Assembly: GCA_020630455.1 (NCBI GenBank) | Contig: JAHDBK010000001.1 | Location: 1 to 38,846 of the forward strand | DNA from: Saprospiraceae bacterium | Lineage (GTDB): Bacteria; Bacteroidota; Bacteroidia; Chitinophagales; Saprospiraceae | Direction of reading: 5' to 3' | Length of the DNA stretch: 38,846 nt | Shown here: positions 24,942 through 34,600 of the stretch, in pieces | Layout: each line of letters begins with the position of its first letter | How positions within the stretch are numbered: position 1 is the stretch's first letter | Program-made: the position numbers and the translations under genes | Notes under the pieces: generated by a model | Database searches by the model: none | What the model was told of the DNA's origin: nothing | The model's input: only the letters and a program-made list of their open reading frames with translations

Positions 24942-25212
24942 TTAATAATAACCATTAATTCTTTAGGTTATTTGGCATTGTTATATCATTCAATATAGGG
25001 TAAAATTACTATAGATTTTTTTTATTTTTTTATTAATTTTATTAATTGTAAGAATATTTAAATGAATTGTAGTATTGAATTCATTAACAGTATTAATACA
25101 AAATATGATTTTACATTAATGAGCTTCGGCATTAAATGAAACTCTATTTTATAAAAAAAGTTTTTTATCTTTATATATAAATTTACCCTTTTAAATTAAT
25201 TAAAATATATAA

Positions 25213-28206
25213 ATGAGTCTCTATTTAAAGGATATAATTATTTTTTTAGGGATATTAATAAATGGAGTATTTTCAATAGCTCAAACTCCTATGAGTCATC
25301 ATTTTAACATTGATGAGGATTTACCATTTAGTAAAATTTATAATATAGATAAAGATAAGAATGGCTATTTATGGATAGCTACAGACAAGGGCATTTTTAG
25401 GTATAATGGTATTCAATTTGATAATTTTTTATTACGAAATCAAAAGTCAACTCATGTTTCAAATATTCAAGAAGATGAAAAAGGCAGGATATGGCACTAC
25501 AGCTTTGGAGGTGAAATATTATATATTGAAAATGATAGTATTCAATTATTAAAAGACATCACTACTCAAGTTAATAGATTTCCATATTATGTATTCAATA
25601 GTGGTAAATTTCACTTCAACTCCAAAAAAGATTATCTTTTTAATTTTAATACACAAACTTTTGAATGGGATTCTATTCCAGTTGAAAATTCATTAAAAGA
25701 AGAATATTTACCTTTTTATTCTTATGAAAATTTGACATTCTATTTATATCATAATCATAAAATTTTTGTATCTCAAAACAATAAAATCAGGCAAATTGAC
25801 ATCAATCAAAAAAAGTATTTTGAAAAATTAAGTCCAATCCGTATAAGAGACGAATTATATTTTTTATTAGAAAAAGATGGAAAAAGCTATGTCTATCTTT
25901 ATGACAATTCTGAATTTATTAAAATTAATGATTTTTTAAGTCCTCTTGAAAACACTTCATTAATTCATATTTATTATCATGATAATTTAGTTTATTTTTC
26001 TACTAGAAATGGTTTAATGATTTATGATATTCAAAATAATAAATTTAAAGAAACGCTGTTCAAAGACGAATATATTACTGCATCATTAATTGATAATGAA
26101 AAAAACCTGTGGGTTTCAACACTTAATAATGGTTTATTTAAAATTCCAAACCTTGAACTATATCATTTAGAAATTGATAAAAATATCCGAAAACTATATC
26201 AATTGGAAAATGATGGTCAAAATTTATACTTTTCTACTTCAGAAGGACAATTATTTCAGTTCAATCCTCTAAATAAAAGGACACAATTACTTTATCAAAA
26301 TAAAAATAAAAGTGCAGTAAGGCTTTTCAAATCAAATATTTATAATAAGAACTTGATATTTTTTACTGATAGATTAACCTCTCATTATGACATCAATAAA
26401 AACGAAATTTATACTTATACTAAAGGTTTGCCTACTTCAGTAAAAGACTTAAATATTACTAGAAATGGTTTGATATTCTCTAGGAATATACTCATGGCAT
26501 TAGAGATAAAAGACAGTTTAAGAGTTCACCAATTACATCAGAAATGGAAAGAAAGTAAAGAAATTGATTATATCAATTTTATTGCAAAGAACAAAAAAAC
26601 ATATAAAGCACCTCTCATTAGATTTAGAAAAGATGATGCTTTGATAAGAGCCAATCATTATGATATATTTAGTGATACTTATTGGTTAGCTTGTAATGAT
26701 GGTGTATTTTATTATAAGAATGGAAAAGAAAAGCAATTATTTAATAATAATCAATCTGTATTCTTTAATAAAATCGTTCAAACATCAGATTCATTGATAT
26801 GGGGGGCTTCATCAAATGGTTTATTTATTATTAAAAATAAAAAAATAATAAAAGTAATAGGAGAAAATGATGGATTAATATCCAATAATATCAATAGTCT
26901 ATATACTTATAAAAACGACATTTACTTAATTACCTCTAAAGGACTTCAAAGATATAATTATCAAAATAATACCTTTCATTTATATGATTTAAGCGACGGC
27001 TTTCCTTCAAATGATATTAAGGATATAAGCATTATGGATAATCAAATTTATGTAATGACAAAAAAAGGGATAGTATATTTTTCTACTGAATTAAAAGATA
27101 AAATTGAAACACTACCTATCGCTGTTATTCATAATATTCAAATTAATGAAGAGCAAACAGGTATTCAGAACCAATATGAATTAGCCCATGATAAAAATAA
27201 TATTTCGATTGAATTGAATAGTATTTCTTTGAGGTCAGGTGATTTGATTATTTATGAATATAGAATGTATCAAAATGATAAAATAACTAAATGGCTAAGT
27301 ATTCCTTCAGGTAAACAAAAATTATTTTTTAATAACCTTAATCATGGAATATATCATTTTGAGTTTAGAGTTCGTAATACAGATGGTGTTTATAGTGAAA
27401 TTAAAAAAATCACTTTTTGTATTCATAAATCTTTTTTTGAATCTATATACTTTTATTTATTGCTTATTTTAACAGCCTTCGGATTAGCATATTTTATTTT
27501 TAAAAGGAGAGCAAAAGTTAAATATACTCAAATACAATTAGAAAAATCTATAAAAACAGCTGAAATCAAAGCCATAAAAGCACAAATGAACCCTCATTTT
27601 ATTTTTAATTCTTTAAATTCTATTCAGGAACTTATTTTTCAAAAAGATTTTGAAACCGTCAATGAATACTTAGGAAAATTCAGTGATTTGGTTCGTTTTG
27701 TTTTGAATTCTTCAGAAAAATTATTCATTCCTTTTCATAAAGAATTGGAAATGTTAAACCTATATTTAGATTTGGAAAAATTAAGATTTGAAGATAAATT
27801 TAATATTCACTTTGATGTTAATATTCCTTTAGACCAACAGAACCAACTTAAAATTCCTGCAATGTTAATTCAACCATATATTGAAAATGCTATAAAACAT
27901 GGTCTATTACACAAAGAGGGAAGTAAGAATTTAATTATCAATTTTTCTATACAAAATGAACGCTTATTCTGTATAATTGAAGACAATGGCATTGGAAGAA
28001 AAAAAGCCAATGAGCTTTCTTGGAAGAACAAACATGGAGGATTTGGCAATAAAGCAAACAATAAAAAAATCGACTTGATTAATCAATTAATAGATGAAAA
28101 AATTTATCTTAAAATTGATGATTTATATCATCAAGAGATGGCTACAGGTACTAAAGTTACCCTTGATTTCCCTATATATTTTAATTATAATAATGAAAAC
28201 AAATAA
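25213..28206 (+). CDS. Sensor histidine kinase with periplasmic two-component-regulator propeller + Y_Y_Y domains and a LytS-type kinase core
   Basis: 997 aa with an N-terminal signal/anchor. Reg_prop-like repeats are present (DKNGYLWIATDKGIFRYNG, DNEKNLWVSTLNNGLFKI, SDSLIWGASSNGLFII). A Y_Y_Y-like segment (YEYRMYQNDKITKWLSI...GIYHFEFRVRNTDGVYS) and a TM helix (IYFYLLLILTAFGLAYFIF) follow. The kinase core has KAQMNPHFIFNSLNSI and an HATPase region (QPYIENAIKHG). Confidence 0.9.
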   Translation: MSLYLKDIIIFLGILINGVFSIAQTPMSHHFNIDEDLPFSKIYNIDKDKNGYLWIATDKGIFRYNGIQFDNFLLRNQKSTHVSNIQEDEKGRIWHYSFGGEILYIENDSIQLLKDITTQVNRFPYYVFNSGKFHFNSKKDYLFNFNTQTFEWDSIPVENSLKEEYLPFYSYENLTFYLYHNHKIFVSQNNKIRQIDINQKKYFEKLSPIRIRDELYFLLEKDGKSYVYLYDNSEFIKINDFLSPLENTSLIHIYYHDNLVYFSTRNGLMIYDIQNNKFKETLFKDEYITASLIDNEKNLWVSTLNNGLFKIPNLELYHLEIDKNIRKLYQLENDGQNLYFSTSEGQLFQFNPLNKRTQLLYQNKNKSAVRLFKSNIYNKNLIFFTDRLTSHYDINKNEIYTYTKGLPTSVKDLNITRNGLIFSRNILMALEIKDSLRVHQLHQKWKESKEIDYINFIAKNKKTYKAPLIRFRKDDALIRANHYDIFSDTYWLACNDGVFYYKNGKEKQLFNNNQSVFFNKIVQTSDSLIWGASSNGLFIIKNKKIIKVIGENDGLISNNINSLYTYKNDIYLITSKGLQRYNYQNNTFHLYDLSDGFPSNDIKDISIMDNQIYVMTKKGIVYFSTELKDKIETLPIAVIHNIQINEEQTGIQNQYELAHDKNNISIELNSISLRSGDLIIYEYRMYQNDKITKWLSIPSGKQKLFFNNLNHGIYHFEFRVRNTDGVYSEIKKITFCIHKSFFESIYFYLLLILTAFGLAYFIFKRRAKVKYTQIQLEKSIKTAEIKAIKAQMNPHFIFNSLNSIQELIFQKDFETVNEYLGKFSDLVRFVLNSSEKLFIPFHKELEMLNLYLDLEKLRFEDKFNIHFDVNIPLDQQNQLKIPAMLIQPYIENAIKHGLLHKEGSKNLIINFSIQNERLFCIIEDNGIGRKKANELSWKNKHGGFGNKANNKKIDLINQLIDEKIYLKIDDLYHQEMATGTKVTLDFPIYFNYNNENK

Positions 28207-28209
28207 ACA

Positions 28210-28968
28210 ATGACAATAAAAACAATATTAGTTGATGATGAAAGAAGGGCACTTAATTTGATGACAGAATTACTGAATCAATATTTTACTGATGTTGAAA
28301 TATTAGATGCTTGTAACAATGTTAAAGATGCCGTTGATTCTATAAAAAAACACCAACCCGATTTGGTATTTCTAGATATTGAAATGCCTAATTATTCTGG
28401 TTTTGATTTATTATCTTTTTTTGACAAAGTAGATTTTGAGGTAATATTTGTTACTGCTTACGACCAATATGCACTAAAAGCGATTAAAGCATCTGCAATT
28501 GATTATATATTAAAACCCATAAAGATTTCAGATTTAAGAAATTCTATTGAAAGAGTTCAAAAATTATTAGAAAAGAAAAATAATAAAATCACATTATTAG
28601 AATTTGAAAATAGACTTAAAAATAATAATCAAATTCAACGAATTACTGTGCCCACTAATGATGGTTATATATTCCTAAAGGTGGATGAAATCATTTGTAT
28701 CAATGCTGAAGGTGCTTATAGTCAAATAATAACTTCTGACAATAGAAAAATATTTGTATCTAAGAGTATCAGTTTATTTTCAAATTACCTTGAAGATAAT
28801 CTTCATTTTTTCAAAGTACATCGCTCACATATTATAAATATTCAATTTATTCTCAGATATTCCAAAAAGGACAATTTAATACATTTAACTAATGATATTA
28901 AAATTACTGTTTCGAGAAGTAAAAAGAAGGAATTTGAAGAACTAATATATAAACACAGTTTGATTTAA
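28210..28968 (+). CDS. LytTR-family response regulator
   Basis: Receiver (ILVDDERR, DLVFLDIEMPNYSG, ILKP) plus LytTR domain (FFKVHRSHIINIQFI). It lies 3 nt downstream of the kinase. Confidence 0.92.
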   Translation: MTIKTILVDDERRALNLMTELLNQYFTDVEILDACNNVKDAVDSIKKHQPDLVFLDIEMPNYSGFDLLSFFDKVDFEVIFVTAYDQYALKAIKASAIDYILKPIKISDLRNSIERVQKLLEKKNNKITLLEFENRLKNNNQIQRITVPTNDGYIFLKVDEIICINAEGAYSQIITSDNRKIFVSKSISLFSNYLEDNLHFFKVHRSHIINIQFILRYSKKDNLIHLTNDIKITVSRSKKKEFEELIYKHSLI

Positions 28969-30224
28969 AATATCTTATTTGGGTTGAGTACATTATTGGG
29001 GTCAAATACTGCTTTTATGCCCTTCATAATCGCAATTTCTTCCTGACTTTTAGTATAGTGTAAAAAAGGTTTTTTATACAAGCCTACTCCATGTTCTGCG
29101 GAAATAGAACCCTTGTATTTTTGGACAATTTCAAATATTTTCATATTGACCTCTTCACAATATTTTTTGAACTTTAATAAAGAAATTTCTTTATTTTTAA
29201 TAATATTAATATGAATATTGCCGTCTGCAATATGACCAAACCACAAGACTTTAAACTGGGGATACATTTTATTTATAAATCTTGTTATTTCATTCAATGC
29301 TTTAGATAGATTGGAAATTCTAAACGAAATATCATTTTTATAAGGGCTTTCATAAGAAATAGAAGCTGAAATTTCTTCTCTATAAGACCAAAACATCTTT
29401 TTAGTATGAGAATCTTGAGCTAATCTATCTTCTTGAATTATTTTTTTAAATTTATAATTTTCAATAATATTGAATACATCATCTAATAAATCGTCATTGA
29501 AATGTTCCCATTCCATCAATGCATAATATGGCGTTCTATGTTCAAAAGGCAATTGAATTTGCTTGGATTGCACCACATAATCCAATGAATTATCACTAAA
29601 AAATTCAAATGCAATCAAAGGCATTTGACTACGACATTCATTCATAAAAGAAATCAATCCTTCTAAATCTAAAATGGATAAAAGTAAAACATAAGTTTGG
29701 CTTGGTTTTTTCACAAGTTGTAAAGTAGCTTCTACAACACAAGCCAAAGTACCTTCACTACCTATTATCAAATGTCGTAAATCATAGCCACTTGCATTTT
29801 TAATCAATCCTTTATTTAGGTCTAAAATCTCGCCTCTGCCTGTTACTACTTTTAAACCACTAATACTATTACGAGTCAAACCATATCTTATCACTTGGAT
29901 TCCTCCAGCATTTGTTGCTATATTTCCACCAATTTGGCTGCTTCCTTTTGAAGCAAAATCAACTGGATACATCAAATTATTCTTCAAAGCAAAATCTTGT
30001 ACTTCTAAAGTAGTTATACCTGCTTCAACTCTCAATGAAGAATCAAGAACATTGAATTCTAATATTTTATTCATCTTATCTAAAGAAAGCACTACTTCTC
30101 TATCATTAGCAATTGCTCCACCAGACAAACCCGTTCTTCCACCAGATAATACAATTTTAAAATTATACTTATTAGCAAGAAGAATAAGTTGTTGAACTTC
30201 TTTTATATTTCTTGGAAAAACCAC
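28965..30224 (-). CDS. FAD-binding (PCMH-type) oxidoreductase, GlcD/D-2-hydroxyacid dehydrogenase-like; 5' boundary unresolved
   Basis: FAD_binding_4 pattern VVFPRNIKEVQQLILLANKYNFKIVLSGGRTGLSGGA and a C-terminal FAD-oxidase domain (SISAEHGVGLYKKPFL...DPNNVLNPNKIF). The frame stays open and homologue-like up to 30410 without any ATG/GTG/TTG. The stop overlaps the convergent regulator stop (TTAA at 28965-28968). Confidence 0.85.
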   Translation of the reverse strand: MVFPRNIKEVQQLILLANKYNFKIVLSGGRTGLSGGAIANDREVVLSLDKMNKILEFNVLDSSLRVEAGITTLEVQDFALKNNLMYPVDFASKGSSQIGGNIATNAGGIQVIRYGLTRNSISGLKVVTGRGEILDLNKGLIKNASGYDLRHLIIGSEGTLACVVEATLQLVKKPSQTYVLLLSILDLEGLISFMNECRSQMPLIAFEFFSDNSLDYVVQSKQIQLPFEHRTPYYALMEWEHFNDDLLDDVFNIIENYKFKKIIQEDRLAQDSHTKKMFWSYREEISASISYESPYKNDISFRISNLSKALNEITRFINKMYPQFKVLWFGHIADGNIHINIIKNKEISLLKFKKYCEEVNMKIFEIVQKYKGSISAEHGVGLYKKPFLHYTKSQEEIAIMKGIKAVFDPNNVLNPNKIF

Positions 30225-30349
30225 AGCGGAGGCATTGGGCTTTTCAAATCTTGTCCAATCTAAAGCATATTGATTAAGGATGTCTACTTCATAAGAAAGG
30301 ATGTCACTAGGAAGTTCTTTTTGTAATATTTGAATAATATTATTAATAA

Positions 30350-31471
30350 TTAATTCATTTGAATGATAGAATAAACTGCTTGATGTGGTTTCCTTGAAGT
30401 TATAGTACCATTAGGTAAAGTTACAGGTACATCCGTTCTATCATTATCATGAATAATAAAATATTTATTTTCAGAAAGTTTACAAATTCCTTCTGCTTTG
30501 TGAGGCATTCTCAAAGGCTGTACTTCTTCGTCAAAAATTAAACTAGGGTTGCTTTTTTTAATATAATCATCCATACTAAGATACCAAACATAAGAAGCAA
30601 GCGATTGCTCTCCTTCATCACCTGACTCCAAAGAAGTCGTCATAATAATGGCATCTTTATCTGCATCATAAATCAATGAGCTCAAACCTAGAACTTCATT
30701 CCCAACTTTAGGTTGAAATTCATAAGATATTTTAAAATCATCATTCAATTTCATCTTATCTCCTTCCATATAATATGTACATTCTATAAATGTAGCCGTG
30801 TAAATTGGATTATTAAAATCTTCACCCATTTCTCTTACTCCAAATATGAGTTTATTTTGTGGCAAAATGACTAAGCCTTCTATTTTCATGTGTTTGGAAT
30901 TCAGAAGAGATAAAAACTTCTTTCTTAATGACTTTGAACTTACAATACTATCTCTTTCTGATGGTTCAACTATTTGGAATTTGTTTTCCATCATATTCCA
31001 TAACAAAAGAGAATTATATTCATCCCATTCACTTGAATCTTCTTTTAGTCTATCAAATCCTGTAGTAATTAATAAGAATTTTTTATCCAATGAAAGACTA
31101 AAATCTTCCATTTTATTGATAGCAGAAAATTCGCTTTGTTTCAATTCAAAAGGATGTTCCATAATACTTTCTTTATAGAACATTTCACTATTTGCCATTA
31201 TCATTGGTGAGACGGATGAAGTCACTTTATCATTTCCAAAAAATAAAGAACCTTCAAACATTTCTACTGCTGACAACTCACAATTATATATTTTTCCATT
31301 ATCAAAGGTAATTCCTTCTTCAAAACATTTCATTAAATTTTCTTTTACAATAAAAGAGGCTGTTTTTATATTAATATCTACAGGAGGAGGTTCAACTGGT
31401 AAGGGTCTAATCTTACAAGCTCCAATACTTATTAATATTAATAATATGAATGGTAATAGTAGTTTTTTCAT
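30350..31471 (-). CDS. Hypothetical lipoprotein (possible beta-propeller)
   Basis: Signal peptide plus lipobox (MKKLLLPFILLILISIGA/C). 373 aa with weak EG-containing repeats (IEGLVILPQNKLIFGVRE, KAEGICKLSENKYFIIHDNDR) reminiscent of phytase-like/DUF3616-type propellers. No firm assignment. Confidence 0.7.
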   Translation of the reverse strand: MKKLLLPFILLILISIGACKIRPLPVEPPPVDINIKTASFIVKENLMKCFEEGITFDNGKIYNCELSAVEMFEGSLFFGNDKVTSSVSPMIMANSEMFYKESIMEHPFELKQSEFSAINKMEDFSLSLDKKFLLITTGFDRLKEDSSEWDEYNSLLLWNMMENKFQIVEPSERDSIVSSKSLRKKFLSLLNSKHMKIEGLVILPQNKLIFGVREMGEDFNNPIYTATFIECTYYMEGDKMKLNDDFKISYEFQPKVGNEVLGLSSLIYDADKDAIIMTTSLESGDEGEQSLASYVWYLSMDDYIKKSNPSLIFDEEVQPLRMPHKAEGICKLSENKYFIIHDNDRTDVPVTLPNGTITSRKPHQAVYSIIQMN

Positions 31472-31486
31472 GTTAATTATAATTAA

Positions 31487-31524
31487 AATAAGGCTTACTT
31501 TTTATATGAAAAGTAAGCCTTATT
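31487..31524 (-). terminator. Perfect 16-bp hairpin 15 nt upstream of the lipoprotein ATG
   Basis: AATAAGGCTTACTTTT-tatatg-AAAAGTAAGCCTTATT, followed on the minus strand by TTTAATT. Confidence 0.5.
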
Positions 31525-31578
31525 ATTTGTATTATTGATTATCATTTATAAAATAATAAAAAAAAGTCTTTATTAAAC

Positions 31579-31611
31579 AAATAATGATACTCTAGTAGAG
31601 TATCATTATTT
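31579..31611 (-). terminator. Perfect 15-bp hairpin just downstream of the giant gene stop
   Basis: AAATAATGATACTCT-agt-AGAGTATCATTATTT lies 9 nt after the stop codon at 31621-31623 on the minus strand. Confidence 0.6.
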
Positions 31612-31620
31612 GCGTTATTA

Positions 31621-34600
31621 TCATCTCTGAATAATTAATCTTTGAATAGCTTGAGTATTATCAGCTGGAGCGTGAATTCTTACAAAATAAACACCCGCTG
31701 GTAAATCTGAAGTATTCAATTCAAACATTGATTCAGTAATATTATTATGATTTTGAATCATTAATACTTGACCTAAAGCATTCAACATTTCAATATTAAT
31801 ATCTTTAGAATCAGTAAATGCTAATTCAATATTCAAATAATTAGCAGCTGGATTAGGATATACATTGAATGCTGTTAAAGACTCAATATCTGTTGTATAA
31901 ACTAATTCATCAACTAAGATAGAACCTACAACAAGTTGACATCCGCCTGCATCTGTAACTGTAACTGTATAGTTACCTGGTGCTAAACCTGATAAATCTT
32001 CTGTAGTTTCTCCATTAGGGGACCACATATAAGAATAAGGTTGAGTCCCTCCAGTAGTAGAAATATCTATTGAACCGTTATTAGCACCAAAATTACTATC
32101 AGTTACATTGTCAACTGTAACTATTAAAGTACTTGGTTCATTAACTGTATAAGGACCTCCAATTAATTGACATCCCATTCCGTCTGTAATCGTTACAAAG
32201 TAATCATTAGGTTCTAATCCAAAAATATCTTCCGTCATTTCACCATTTGACCACAAGAATGTATAATTACCATCTCCACCACCAGGTGTTAAGTCAATAC
32301 TACCATCATCGGCATTTTTACAAGAAGAATCAGTTAGGTCAGCCATAGTAACCTCCATAGGAGCATTTTCGTTAACTACAAAAGGACCTGCTTCAGATGT
32401 ACAACCAGTTGCATCTGTAACTGTTACCATATAAGAACCACCAGAAACACCCAATAAGTCTTCATTTGTACTCATATTTATATCTGACCACATATAAGAA
32501 TAAGGTTCAATGCCTCCAGAAGCAGTAATCATTACTCCACCATTCATTGCACCACCACAAGTAACATCATTTACCATATCTAAGGTAACAACTACTTCAG
32601 TTCTAACAACAGTTATAGGATTAGACAAACTATAACAACCCATCAAGTCAGTAGTAGCATTATTTCCTACTACAGCACCTGTTAATCCATCATTATAACT
32701 TAAATGCCAAATAATACAAGTACCTGCTCCTGCACCATCCAAATCAAATGGAGGTCCAGCTGGTAAATCTAAAATAACTCCCATATCATCTGTAATAACC
32801 CATTGAGAATTATCACCTTCATTTCCTGTTAATGTTACATCAATTGGATCACCAACGCCATCAATACAAATTGTTGTAGGATCTGTAGTTGAAATCATAC
32901 CACCATTTACTGGCTCTCTAACAACAGTTATTGGGTTAGATAAACCATAACAGCCCATTAAATCAGTAGTAGCATTATTTCCAACATCTAATCCAGTTAA
33001 ACCATAACTAAAGCTAATACTCCAGATTAAACATGTTCCACCACCTGCACCTTCTAAGTCAAATGGAGGAGCCATTGGTAAATCTAAAATATTCCCTAAA
33101 TCATCAGTGATTACCCATTGTGTACTATCACCAGCATTTCCTGTAATAGTTACATCTATTGGGTCTGCAACACCATCTCCTGCACATATAGTTGTAGGGT
33201 CTGTTGTAGCAATTGTTCCTCCAAATGCTTCTTCTCTTACTACAGTAATTGGATTAGATAATGAATAACAACCTGCAATATCAGTTGTAGCATTATTACC
33301 TACAGCTAAACCTGTTAATCCTGTATTATAACCTAAGTGCCAAATTAAACAAGTACCAGCAGGAGCACCATCCAAATCAAATGGAGGTCCAGCTGGTAAG
33401 TCTAAAATAACACCCATATCATCTGTAATAACCCATTGTGTACTATCTCCTTCATTTCCTGACAAAGTTACATCAATTGGGTCAGGGTTACCATCACTTG
33501 CACATATCGTAGTAGGATCTGTAGTAGCAATTGTACCGCCTGCTACTCCTTCTCTTGTTACTATAATTCCATTTGATAAATTATAACAGCCTACTAAATC
33601 CGTAGTAGCATTATTTCCAACCACTGCTCCTGTTAGTCCATCATAATAGCTTAAGTGCCAAATCACGCAGACTCCACTTCCTGCTCCTTCCAAATCAAAT
33701 GGAGGTCCAGCAGGTAAATCTAAAATAACTCCCATATCATCTGTTATTACCCATTGTGAGTTATCACCTTCATCTCCAGTTAAAGTAACATTAATTGGGT
33801 CTGCAACACCATCACCAGCACATATCGTAGTAGGATCAGTTGTAGCAATTGTACCGCCTGCTACTCCTTCTCTTGTTACAGTAATTCCATTTGATAAATT
33901 ATAACAGCCTACTAAATCCGTAGTAGCATTATTTCCAACCACTGCTCCTGTTAGTCCATCATAATAGCTTAAGTGCCAAATCACGCAGACTCCACTTCCT
34001 GCTCCTTCCAAATCAAATGGAGGTCCAGCAGGTAAATCTAAAATAACTCCCATGTCATCTGTTATTACCCATTGTGAGTTAGGTCCCATTTCACCTGTAA
34101 GAGATATGTTAATTAGATCAGCGACACCGTCTCCTGCACATATAGTTGTAGGATCAGTAGTTGCAATTGTTCCACCCATAGCATCACAAGGAGTTGTGAA
34201 TAAGAATGGGCCTGCACAAGATTGAACCACAGCAGGTGGAGCAGCAGGTACAAATGTTCCTAGAGGGAAAGGAGTAGTAGCTGTAGCATTATCTATTTCA
34301 CCATCCATAGCATTTGGACCACTATACATCCAATTGGCTTGATTGAAGGCTAATCCATCAGGACCTGTTCCATTCATTCTATAAGCCCAGCCATCTAAAT
34401 AATCCCAAGTTTGACCAGAACCACTTACATCAACATCTCCAAATATATCTACAACTGCTCCAAAATTATACAATTCAATAGCATCATCACCATTAAATCT
34501 CAAACCAAAATCACCATTAGAATCATCTGGAGCAAATCCAAAGAAATTGGTAAAACTAGTACCTGAAGTATCAAAAACTACATAGTAAAATTGACCAGCT

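Noticed and set aside
25062-25139. A 25-codon ORF (MNCSIEFINSINTKYDFTLMSFGIK) upstream of the propeller kinase/LytTR operon, considered as a signalling-peptide precursor. A small UUCG-capped hairpin lies at about 25120-25140.
   Set aside because: An ORF this short is expected by chance in AT-rich intergenic DNA. It has no leader or double-glycine-type motif and no adjacent processing or export gene.
28965-28968. Convergent genes (LytTR regulator and FAD oxidoreductase) share overlapping stop codons in TTAA, leaving no intergenic terminator.
   Set aside because: This is real but trivial. Such overlaps are common in compact genomes and imply nothing beyond possible transcriptional interference.
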